From Lobosporangium transversale (Eukaryota), in contig NW_019028993.1 in the NCBI RefSeq assembly GCF_002105155.1, positions 62,001-126,000 of the forward strand: 64,000 bases of DNA, in the 5' to 3' direction. Below are positions 23,800 to 36,688 of this stretch, piece after piece. The position numbers were made by a program, and so were the translations under genes. Numbering within the stretch: the stretch's first letter is position 1; each line of letters starts with the position of its first letter. Under the pieces are notes generated by a model. The model was not told the DNA's origin. It did no database searches and was given only the letters and a program-made list of their open reading frames with translations.

Positions 23800-26232
23800 T
23801 CATTCTCTTCCTGCGCGTTGGTTTTGACGACGCCTATTGGCATCCAATTCACGCTTCCTAATCCTCAGGGAGGACTGAGTCACCTCGAGAACCTCATCTG
23901 CTGCAAGATAGGAAATCATCGACTCCAAACTCATTTCAACCGGTGGGCGCAGGATGATATTGTCATCTTTGGCAACTGTGCGGATGTTTGTCACCTGTTT
24001 TGCGCGGGTAGGGTTCACTTCCAGATCGCCAGCACGGGAAGACTCTCCAATGACCATACCAGCGTAAACCTTGTCGCCCGGACGAATGAACAGCTTACCG
24101 CGAGGTTCGATCAAATTAAGAGCATAGGAGGTAGCTGCTCCAACAGTTCCCATGGCGACTAAACTTCCTTTGCGAGATCTTTCAAGGCCGCCTTTATAGG
24201 GCATATAGCCCAAGAAAGTATGGTTCAATGTCCCATCTCCACTCGTGTCATTCTTAAATTCTGAAGCATATCCCAATAATCCACGAGTCGGGCACTCAAA
24301 GATAATACGAGTCTTGTCTCCGTTTTCCTCGAAGCTCTTGAGCTCAGCCTTGCGTTTACTTAGCTTCTCAATGATAGTTCCAGTGTACTGATTACCAACA
24401 TCAATAGTGACTTCTTCGATCGGCTCCAGACGCTCTCCATTCTCTTCTTTGTACACAACACGAGGAGGCGACACGCTGAGTTCGAATCCTTCGCGACGCA
24501 TAGTTTCGATCAAAACTCCAAGCTGCAACTCTCCACGTCCACGGACCTCAAAGGCTTCTTTGTTTTCTGACTCCACAACCTGGAGAGCGACATTAGTCTC
24601 TGCTTCCTTCATCAGACGATCGCGGATCATGTTGGAAGTCAAACTCTTGCCTTCCTCTCCAGCGTAGGGCGAATCATTGACAGAAAACTTCATGACAATG
24701 GTGGGAGGATCGATAGGATTGGACTATAATTAAGTGTATAAAAAATTAAAGGTTAGCAGGCACCAAATGCGATTGTTCTCAAAAAAGAAATCGTAGCAAG
24801 ATCTTACAGGAAGTGGCTCAGTGACACTAAGGTCACAGAGAGTCGAGTTGACTGTTGCATTAGCGACTCCTGTAAGTGTAACAATGTCACCCGCACCAGC
24901 CTCGTTCACAGGGATCATCTCCAATCCACGACGAACAAAGATCTTGGTACAACGTCCAGATTCAGTCTGTTTTCCTTCGCGATCCAAGGCTTGCATCTTA
25001 TCACCAATCTTGATAGTGCCTCCAGTGATCTTCCCGAGGAAGCACTTTCCAAGGTAAGGATTGCTGTCGATTTGGGTGACAAGCATCTTAAAAGTATCAG
25101 AACGGTCAACCTTTGGTGCAGGAACGTGATCGACGATCAAATCCAACAGAGGCCTCATGCTTTCACGGGCCTCATTCATGCCGCGTGTGGCCCAGCCTTC
25201 CTTTGCGGAAGCATACACAATAGGGTAATCCATTTGCTCGTCAGAAGCACCCAGTGAGCTAAACAAATCCAGCAGTAATCCGTCGACTTCGTCTACGCGC
25301 GAGGTTGGGCGATCAACTTTATTGAGGACGACAAGCGGACGAAGGCCAGTTGACAAGGCCTTATTCAGGACAAACTTAGTCTGCGTCATTGGCCCCTCAC
25401 TAGCATCTTTGATTAAGATTCAATATTAGATTTGGCAATAGAAACACTTAAAGCTTTATATCTTCATAGATACTTACCAACAATCAACGCAACGCCATCA
25501 ACCATTGACAGAATGCGTTCTACTTCGCCGCCAAAGTCAGCATGTCCGGGCGTATCTACATTATCGGGGTAAATTGTAAGTAAACCAAAATCGACATTCG
25601 AAAAAGCGTCTTTGCTTAATAGAAACCAGCCCATATGTTCAATAGCAACATAACATACCGACAATGTTGATCTTGATAGGCCTGCCGTCTGCAGTATTAT
25701 AGACAACAGATGTGACTTTAGAGAGGATGGTAATACCTCTTTCTTTCTCAAGTGTGTTGGAATCCATGACACGGGTTGATCCAAGTGCTTCTCCTGACTG
25801 TGCTAACAATTTGTCGACAAGCGAAGTCTTTCCATGGTCGACATGAGCTAAGCGAATAAGTCCCATCAGCACACATATTTATAAAAGAGACAAGATACTC
25901 AAGGCTATTACTTTAATCTTACCAATGATAGCAATGTTGCGGATATTTTCTACAGGCATCATGTCTTCAACAGTCAATGATGGGGTGGCTAGTTCCTCCT
26001 GAGAAGCCTCTGTGACATAGCAACGACGAAGGAACTGTGAACTTGTAGTAGCTGTTCTCCAAAGCTGCGCTTTTGATAAAAGTATTCCTGCATGAGGCGT
26101 CTGTGCCTTGACCGGAATAGTCATAACATTTCTCAACAATGGTCTTGAAGCTGAGGCCCCTGTAGTGATGAATGGCCTAGCGAAGGGTAACTTCACCGTT
26201 GCAGTCCTGAGAGAAGGTCGAATGGCAAACAT
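23800..26232 (-). CDS. typA: TypA/BipA translational GTPase with putative mitochondrial presequence. Exons 26232-25923, 25847-25659, 25555-25478, 25406-24808, 24723-23800
   Basis: [50 protein letters not shown], and TypA-specific [21 protein letters not shown] and DEVLEVT..SLRIRK. The N-terminus is Arg/Ser/Thr-rich and acid-poor. Confidence 0.93.
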
Positions 26233-26773
26233 GTTCTTGATTAGTACAGAGTAACCGGACAAGTCGATCAGTTTGCTAATTTTGAATCAGATTCTCGGAA
26301 GAAGTTTATATTCAAAGCCACATTCTCGCCACCAACACTGCTTGTTTCATCTTTTTAAGGTTTGAGTTTTAGAATCTGTCAGGGGTACAAACAAACAAAT
26401 CAAAATTGCAATTAACCCGCCACTGCTGTGTCAACTGTATGCGCAATCACTTGGTCATTCAAACTTAAGATTCTATGGCATATATAAACTAGCGAGGTTT
26501 AAGATAGATCCCCATCCTTCTTTCCTCACCCTCGTTTTCCTCTATCATTTTCCTCACTCGTTTCTCTCCCCTCTTTTCTAGAATTCCTCTAGTTGTAAAT
26601 ATCTAATAGTCGCTACGACATCCATAACACCCGTATTTTAATTTCTTCTCCTCTTAAAACAAATTGCTTTACACTCACTCTGTACATTTTCATCATACGT
26701 TATTTACCTTAACCCTGACCCTCTCACCATTGACGACATATTCACTTTCCTTCACCCCGAAACTTTCTTTATC

Positions 26774-28483
26774 ATGTTCGTGGCTTGGTCATTTCTCGGG
26801 CTCAACATCATCTTGGCCTTATTCCAAGCCTTACTTGTCAGTGCCGTTGGTGCCATCCTCGCCATTTATTCCAAATATGGCGATGAATACGCCAACAGCA
26901 TTCGTTGGGTTCGCCAAGGCGGATACTTTGAAATGTATAACACACTTGTCAACTCTCGCAACAGTATTCCTCGTTCAACAAAGCTCATACTCATTATAAC
27001 GATAGTTGTGAGTATTATTGCAAGTCTTTCCGATATTGGAGCCATCTACTTCATCGAACCATCAGAGGCACCAAGTCGAACAACATTTATAATCGTTAAA
27101 ACTACTCAATACGTGGTTAATTCTGGTCAGTACATACTCAGTGGCTGGAATACAGCAACCCGTGGCCGCTCAGACATTGTGGATGCCATAAAGCATATGA
27201 TAAACGATACAGCAAATATCCCTGGCTATGTGCCTGGGCTCGTCTACACCCCAAGGACTACCAAATACGAGATTGGATGCGATAAAATCGCGTTTCAGAT
27301 GTGGGATGGTGATGTCATATTGAATACACATCAAGATAGCTGCGCCACAGCCAACTTTACTATGGATGGAATAGTTGTAAGAGACTATTCAAAGATGACC
27401 GTCATACGCGAGTCCAGTAGCCGAATAAGCATTTCTGTACTTGGGCAATCTCCCATTTTTTTTACAGAAATGATCTCAACTACATCAATGACCATCTTTG
27501 GAGAGGAATGTGGGTTGTTGGAAGCGTACACGAACTCAGATATGCTTGCGGATGGAATTTCCTCTTTACCGGTAACTCAAGCTACCAAGTGTATCCTTCC
27601 GACTGGCGAAATAATTGTGATATCATCAACAGCAATACGTTTTTTCGTGGCGGACCCCCAACTTATTAACATCACAACTTCCACCCTCTTTCACGAGGAA
27701 AATGAGCTAGTTAAAGCAATGGAAACAACTGTCATGAAGGAGTCATTCACAAAGAATTCGACCTTACTTGTCGAGCTCAGGGCTGGCGACTCATCTCTGG
27801 ATGCATCAGGCTGTTTCTCAAATTGGAACACTGAGACAAATTCGACCAACCTGGCATGTATGTATATCAATTTCAAATACATCATCACCAAGGCCCAAAA
27901 GCCCGATAAAATTATTGCAGCTGCACGTGGAAATGCTCCATGGCCAAAGCCAGTGGGATATAGTTCGGTAATGGCCATTCAGCATCTTCCGACAATCACG
28001 TATAAGGAACCAAAGCATCTTTCCATCGCTGGCGCGAAGGATGCAACGAAATCAGTAGCTGATTATGTGGCATCATTGGGGCAGAACTTTTTCGTCGATT
28101 TTGCTCAGCGACAACTTTTAGTTCTGTACGATTCTTCAGAGTACGAAAAAGGCTTCGATATTCCTGATTGGTTGGCGATCGGAGCTTTGTGTACTATGGT
28201 AGTCTGTGCTATATTTTATGTCTCTACCCAGTATTTCTTGGATCCACGATACACTGGCTCGCTCTACAAAGTCATGTCGATTCACCTGGCAGACAAATAC
28301 AACAGCTACGCCCAAATGATTCGATGGTCCAAAGTTTACTCTATGCAGCTTGACGAGTTTTCGAATGCGGCATCCAATGATGATGAGCACCAAACCAAAT
28401 ACAACAACAAATCCGATGATGTCGAATATCAAACTAAATACACCAACAAATCCGATACTTCACTCAATCGCGGAATGTGGTGA
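26774..28483 (+). CDS. Three-TM, six-Cys-ectodomain family, copy E (intact, 569 aa, intronless)
   Basis: MFVAWSFLGLNIILA.. TM1; GDEYANSIRWVRQGGYFEM; TM2; 6 ectodomain Cys; GFDIPDWL plus TM3; FLDPRYTGSLYK. Confidence 0.9.
   Translation: MFVAWSFLGLNIILALFQALLVSAVGAILAIYSKYGDEYANSIRWVRQGGYFEMYNTLVNSRNSIPRSTKLILIITIVVSIIASLSDIGAIYFIEPSEAPSRTTFIIVKTTQYVVNSGQYILSGWNTATRGRSDIVDAIKHMINDTANIPGYVPGLVYTPRTTKYEIGCDKIAFQMWDGDVILNTHQDSCATANFTMDGIVVRDYSKMTVIRESSSRISISVLGQSPIFFTEMISTTSMTIFGEECGLLEAYTNSDMLADGISSLPVTQATKCILPTGEIIVISSTAIRFFVADPQLINITTSTLFHEENELVKAMETTVMKESFTKNSTLLVELRAGDSSLDASGCFSNWNTETNSTNLACMYINFKYIITKAQKPDKIIAAARGNAPWPKPVGYSSVMAIQHLPTITYKEPKHLSIAGAKDATKSVADYVASLGQNFFVDFAQRQLLVLYDSSEYEKGFDIPDWLAIGALCTMVVCAIFYVSTQYFLDPRYTGSLYKVMSIHLADKYNSYAQMIRWSKVYSMQLDEFSNAASNDDEHQTKYNNKSDDVEYQTKYTNKSDTSLNRGMW
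28376..28453 (+). repeat. Two imperfect 39-bp tandem units in the tail of copy E
   Basis: NDDEHQTKYNNKS / DDVEYQTKYTNKS. Confidence 0.8.
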
Positions 28484-29687
28484 ATCTTGAGTATATATCC
28501 TTCCCTAACAGTAGCTTCATCATCTTAATGTATATATATAGACTTATACCCATCATTAAAACAACTATTTTTTATTTAAAGTAATGAAATGATGAAAAAC
28601 AAGACTTCTTTCCTTCTACTTGATGATTGTGCATTGGGTCTCGGAGGTTTATTTTACCTAAGACTCATAATCAAGTCGTTTTATTAAACATAGTCAAATG
28701 GTGCTCTAACCTCCTTCATTCGTCGTCTTCCTCAACTTATTAATATACACATTAGCACACAAAAATGAGTCTAGATCACCTATCGATTAGCTTTTCTCTT
28801 ATATCTCTTATATCTTAGGAATCATCTATGTAGGCACTGATCGAAGTTGATACAAATAAAGCTCCCAATCCTACCTACGCGACTATTGTGTATGGGTATT
28901 TCAGCTAGATTCCTTATTGAATTAACTTTTAATTTTACTTTTCTTTTTCTTTTTATTTCTAGCTAGCCATGGATTCAGCTTTTATCTATTAACTTGGTAC
29001 TATATGGTCACACACCGTATCTCCTACAAAGGCTAATACTTAAATCATAAAAATGGACCACTGCTGGTCGCTATCCAATGTTAAAATCAAGAATTCCATA
29101 TGATTTTAAGCGCCTTAGGGATAAAGCTTGCTCTACAAAACTAGTATCATGGTGTCTGAAGAGTATCAGCTTCGATATAAGCGATCTAAATGAAAGATAA
29201 AGCAAAGGATTGATTCGATTTTCGCCTCTAAAAAATGAGTCCATGACTAGCTTGAAATAAAAAAAAAAAAAAAAAAAGTTGCTAATAAGGAGTCAAGCTG
29301 AAAAGAACTATATGCAACAAACACGTAAATGGAGGTGGGGGCTTTACTTGTAGCACGTATGATCAATGTCTACATAAAGAATGCCTAGCTGATGGATGGT
29401 ATTGGCTCATTTTTGCGTGTTAGTGTACATTACTGTCATAGATACCGTTCATGTTGTCTTTTATTGACTTGGTTCTTTTATTTTTCGCCATAATTTTATC
29501 CGCCAGCTACTAGATTCCGATAACACAGTTGACATCTCACGAATACGGTTAAATATTATTTATTAGGTATATCAACATGAACGGATTAGGGCGAGAATGG
29601 ACTAGATCAAAGGCGATTTAAACAAAGAATGGACGCGCTCCAAAGGCAGAAAAGTAAAGTTATCATCCTCTCGCGCTGATAATGAGG

Positions 29688-29909
29688 CTAAGGGGCCTTG
29701 CGACACTTATTAATACAGGTCATATATTCTCTGTTGGCACGGCTTTGGCATATATGCTTTGCTGAGCGTGGAACGCCTCTACATTCGTAACGCGTGCATG
29801 CGCATCCTCTTTTCTCAAGGACCTCAATCTCGGCCGGAGCAGTGCGGATAGAGGCGGACATGGCTGAGGACGCAAGAGCAAAGATAACAAGAGCGGTGGA
29901 GATCTTCAT
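29688..29909 (-). CDS. Small secreted cysteine-rich prepropeptide 2 (signal peptide, pro region, KR site, 39-aa mature peptide with 6 Cys)
   Basis: MKISTALVIFALASSAMS-ASIRTAPAEIEVLEKR-GCACTRYECRGVPRSAKHICQSRANREYMTCINKCRKAP, with TATAAAAG upstream and AATAAA downstream (about 29559-29564, minus strand). Confidence 0.87.
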   Translation of the reverse strand: MKISTALVIFALASSAMSASIRTAPAEIEVLEKRGCACTRYECRGVPRSAKHICQSRANREYMTCINKCRKAP

Positions 29910-30044
29910 GGTAGGTCAGCGACTTCGATATATTGTGGTTAGGTTATAAGGGGTAGGGACAGTGAGATTTCGGTTTAGGGCTGTAGTAGTATTTGGCTGC
30001 TTTAAGTGTTTTTGAGGATGAAAAGTAAAGGAATGTGATGCGCT

Positions 30045-30052
30045 CTTTTATA
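30045..30052 (-). promoter_or_regulatory. TATA box of secreted peptide gene 2
   Basis: TATAAAAG on the minus strand about 135 bp upstream of ATG 29909. Confidence 0.6.
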
Positions 30053-31651
30053 AAGATTTTTTTTGAAAAAGAGAGAGAGAGAAAAAGAGAGACCTAACAA
30101 GTGTAGATGAGGCGGAATGATTCTGTCCGAGCGCCGAATTGTCGATATGGTTTCCTCTGTAGGGAATACAATATGGTGCATGACAAGTGATAGATGTTTG
30201 TATCATAACTTGGTCTGTAGCTCACTCAACCTAGGCTTATTGCTTGAAGATCACATTTTGTTTAACATAGTTGGCTAGGTCAGGGGCAGTTTGTCAGTGA
30301 TTATTTAAAAAATACGAAAGAAAAAACAATGTTACAACCAGCGGTAATAACCGTTTCTTTAAATTCTATTATAAAGAATATTTTAGTTGTAATCACTAAC
30401 CTACAACTATCAACGTTTAGTTTTTCTACTGACACCAATCAAAGTCGATGAAGCATTGTTTTTCAGTTCCTGGCATGTGGAGCGTAACTGTAATAACATT
30501 CAGTTATTAATATCGCCTTGGGACAAAAAAAAAAAAAAGTATTCACCGACAATAACAATGTATAGGCCGATCATTCTTTACAAACAGGACTTTGATCGTT
30601 ATCGCTTTATGACATTGTTTTTGCGTACTCGGTAGGAGTACTTGTTTCACCTAGACATGTTCAAAAGACAATGGAGCCCCGAATACATTGCCGCCGCCCT
30701 CAGTAACTTTTATGCAAATGCTAATACACATGAAGGTTAATCCTATGGAATTCCAGGGCACTCAAAGCAATCAATGCTGAGCCTGGCTCAAGAAACGAAA
30801 GCATACACACACACACACAAAAACAAGTCATTTTAAGCCTACGAATTCAACATCTTAGCAACAAAACAAGGGCTGAGAGTCGAGACATTCGAGCCAATTG
30901 ATCACGAAATACGTGACAATAAAAATACTAAGAGGACTGATATTTGTTTTTTTCACTTAGATATTTATGGATCGAAGGAGTATGTGGACTAAATAAGAGA
31001 CTCGCATAAAAAAACGGGGAACCCATCTTAATGCATTTATAATGATTAGGACACCTGTTTCTCTCCTAAGTGAATAAAAGTTGCGATTGAAAAAGAGAAC
31101 ATGACAAAGTCTTTTTGTGAAAGATTAATGGCAAGTTGAACAGCCGATAGAAAGAATAAGGAGAGTTGAGGATAGTCAGAATGATAGAAAAAACTTTTTT
31201 GTCGGACTGAGATTGTTTGATATAGTATAGTATAGTATGGTTCGGTTTGGTTGGATAGTAATGATGTATAAACGAAAGAGTATATAAATGTTTTTTTTTT
31301 TTTTTTTTTTTTTGCTGTTGAGTATCGTGAGGATAAGAAATAAAGTGAGCGCTTGGCCATCTTTTATAGGAAATGGCGAATGAAGCTCTCATAACAATCC
31401 ACTGTCTCGGCTTCACTATGGCGATCTCTTGGCCTCAAGAGGTGCGGGCAAAATTTTTTGAGACATTAGTAGATCAGTGCATGCATTTCCAAGCCAAAAC
31501 ATTTAAAGCGACTTGACCAAAAATGGCCATGAAAGGAGCTCTATTAGGTTCGAATGTTTAGTGACCCCATTATTTGTAAATAAATACATGTAGATCACAT
31601 TATTTCACACCCCAGTTTTCTATATTTTTTATTTTACTTTACTTCTATTTA

Positions 31652-31685
<34 letters not shown>

Positions 31686-32014
31686 TGCTTAGGCTAAAAG
31701 CACTAGATCAGGTATGCTATAGGAAATACCAGGGTACTTTTGATATACAGTTCCCTGACCCTCATTGTTGCATTGTACTTACAATCATCCCCCCTGATTC
31801 TAGACTCTATTGTTTTCCAGACAGAATGGATCATGAGTAATATGGGCCTTCATATTTATTTGAAAATTTACAAAAAAATACAACTAGAATGTATAGGATA
31901 CGAACATGATCAAGAGTAGTGTTTAATACAATAAATAGAGATGAAGTAGCAATAAATGTTGATAAGCAATTAAAGTATGTCTCGAATGCTTTTTTTATTT
32001 TTTTATTTTTTTTT

Positions 32015-33984
<1,970 letters not shown>

Positions 33985-34096
33985 ATTGACTGTTGCTTAT
34001 ATGCTATGTTGTTCGTTTAGTGAGAGTGTGGGAGCACGATGAAGCCAATGGACGGGTGGTCTTTAAATGAAGTCAATGACTTTAATGGTTGAATGC

Positions 34097-34127
<31 letters not shown>

Positions 34128-34246
34128 GTTATGAAAGTGGCTTGAGTGACTGCCCCTGCTTGACAAGTTTTTTTTTTTTTTTTATAAAAAAGAACATCCC
34201 CAAGACCAATTATTGAGAAACCAACTTTACACTTGCCAGGAATACC

Positions 34247-34811
34247 ATGGATTCAGTGAAAACACAACCTATCGAAGCCTCAGCAGAACCCGCGCCCTCC
34301 GAAGTAGTAGAGGCCCTAGAACTCACCCCCTCTGGAAAGCCCAAAAAACGCTTTGTTGGCAAGGCTAGAAAACAGCAACAGCAGCAGCAAGCAGCAAACG
34401 ATTCCTCCGACCTAACTATTGAAGATTCCGTTGTGGCAATTAGAGATGGTAAGGGCCGGAAAATCGTCCTTCTACAGGAGCTAGGCTACCACCGCAATCT
34501 GTAGACTGCTGATAATATTCAATAATAATGACACATTCATTGGCAACCCATTTATTGAACAATAGCATCAAAGAGTGCAGGATCTAGTAGATCCCGAGTT
34601 GCTAACCAAGTTCCGGATGAGATTTTGAACGATACAAAGCTCAACCTTGCGATTGAGCAACTCCCATCCAACTATGGTTTTGAAATCCATAAGACTGTAT
34701 GGAGTGTACGTAAAGCTGGAGCTAAGAAAGGTAAAAATCTTTGAGCGAACATGGTTATGATCAATAACAAATATCATTCACTGCGCAGAACATAAATGGT
34801 AACTAAATTTA

Positions 34812-34846
<35 letters not shown>

Positions 34847-36298
34847 ATTTCAAAAACAGTGGCTCTGCAGTTTCCAGAAGGCTTGTTGATCTTTGCCTGT
34901 ACAATCGCAGATATCTTGGAAAAGTTCTGTCAAGTCGAAACTTTGGTGATGGGAGATGTCACTTATGGGGCGTGCTGCATCGACGACTTTACAGCTGTAG
35001 CTTTGGGATGTGATTTCATGGTTCATTATGGTCACAGCTGCCTTGGTATGCGTTCTTTGTTTTTTTTGTTTTTTTTTTTTTTTTGTCTGAGCAGTTTTTG
35101 TTGAAAAGGATGAACTATAATGGTTCTCAAAAAATGATACTAATGTAAATTGTATATATTCATGGACTCAAAACAAAATTTAACAAAAAAAATACAACAT
35201 TACATTACAGTTCCGGTCGATGTAACCACTATCAAAACACTATACGTTTTTGTTGACATTGGGATTGATGTCCAGCACTTTATCGCTACAGTCCGTAAGA
35301 ACTTTCAACCACAATCGAAATTAGTGCTCGTTGGCGTCATTCAATTTGTGCAGGCGATCCAGGCTGCTCGCCGTGAACTGGAAGTCGATTATATTCTCAA
35401 TGTTCCTCAAGCCAAACCTTTATCTCCAGCCGAGATCTTGGGCTGCACAGCTCCACGGTTACCGGAAGGTGAGGATGCATTGATCTTCCTGGGCGATGGA
35501 CGGTTCCATCTAGAGTCGATCATGATCCATAATCCAGACTTGCCAGCATTCAGATATGATCCCTATGACAAGAAGTTTACACGAGAAAGATATGACCATG
35601 CGGATATGCATTCGTTGAGGAAACACGCGATTGAGACAGCCAAGAAAGCGAAGCGATTTGGATTGATTCTTGGTACTCTTGGCCGACAAGGAAGCACATC
35701 TATTCTTGAAGTAAGGCTTTTGAGGATCTTAGCTGCGCTTGTTGCACAGAATGTAGATCAAATCCTTTCCTACAATTTTATACTTTTGACTGAAGCTAAA
35801 TCCTTTATTCCTTTTTCATTATTACTATCACTATTTTCAATCTTTTTTCTTTTTTGATAGCATATGGAAGCGAAGCTGAAGGAGCGTGGATGCGACTATA
35901 CTATTATTCTTCTATCTGAAATTTTCCCTGGAAAGCTAGCCATGTTTGAGGATATAGAAGCATTTATTCAAATTGCATGCCCTCGTCTGTCGATCGATTG
36001 GGGTTATGCATTCTCAAAGCCACTTTTGACTCCATACGAGGCTTCAGTTGTATTTGAATCCATTCCATGGCAAGAGACATATCCGATGGATTTCTACTCG
36101 AATGATTCATTAGGGCCATGGACTGTCAACCATGGGCGGAATATCAGAAAGAAACCTACAGGAACAGGAGACGTCAAATCACTTAAAGCAAAGAAGACTC
36201 AAGATCATACTGTAGAGGTATTATCAGGACCAATGTCAGGGTCAACATCTGCAATAGTACCGACATCAGTATCTGCGAACGATCCAATAGCATTATAA
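34247..36298 (+). CDS. DPH1: Diphthamide biosynthesis protein Dph1. Exons 34247-34448, 34566-34730, 34860-35045, 35211-35710, 35861-36298
   Basis: [60 protein letters not shown] and [12 protein letters not shown]. Divergent from RIO2. Confidence 0.96.
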
Positions 36299-36688
36299 AA
36301 TATTATTAATAAAAATTGTCAACTGAGCTACAGGAAATGATGGCGTGGCTTAGATACCATGCCACACGTTATTCGAATATTTTTTACGCGTCATTTTCTC
36401 TTTTTAACTTTCTTCCTTTCTTTCTTTAACCTTATTTTACTGGCAGACCATAGCTGACACCATATTACTTTAAGGTAATCAACTTCTGTAACCACTTGAT
36501 AGGCCAGTGCATCCTAACAAAGAAAGATAAAGCCTTTTAAACCGTATAACCAGAACAAAGATAGGCTTCTAAGGTAAAAAAAAAAAAAAAAAAAAAAAAA
36601 TTTGGTGGCAATTTTTTTTTTTTTTTTTTGCATTGACTCGAAACCTTTGACAAACTAATGAATGATCTTTTTACTAATCATAGCAGAC

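Noticed and set aside
3565..30000. Mating-type (sex) locus interpretation because SPO11 lies near peptide/receptor-like genes
   Set aside because: No HMG-box sexP/sexM, tptA, rnhA, homeodomain or STE3-like seven-TM gene, and the peptides lack a CAAX motif.
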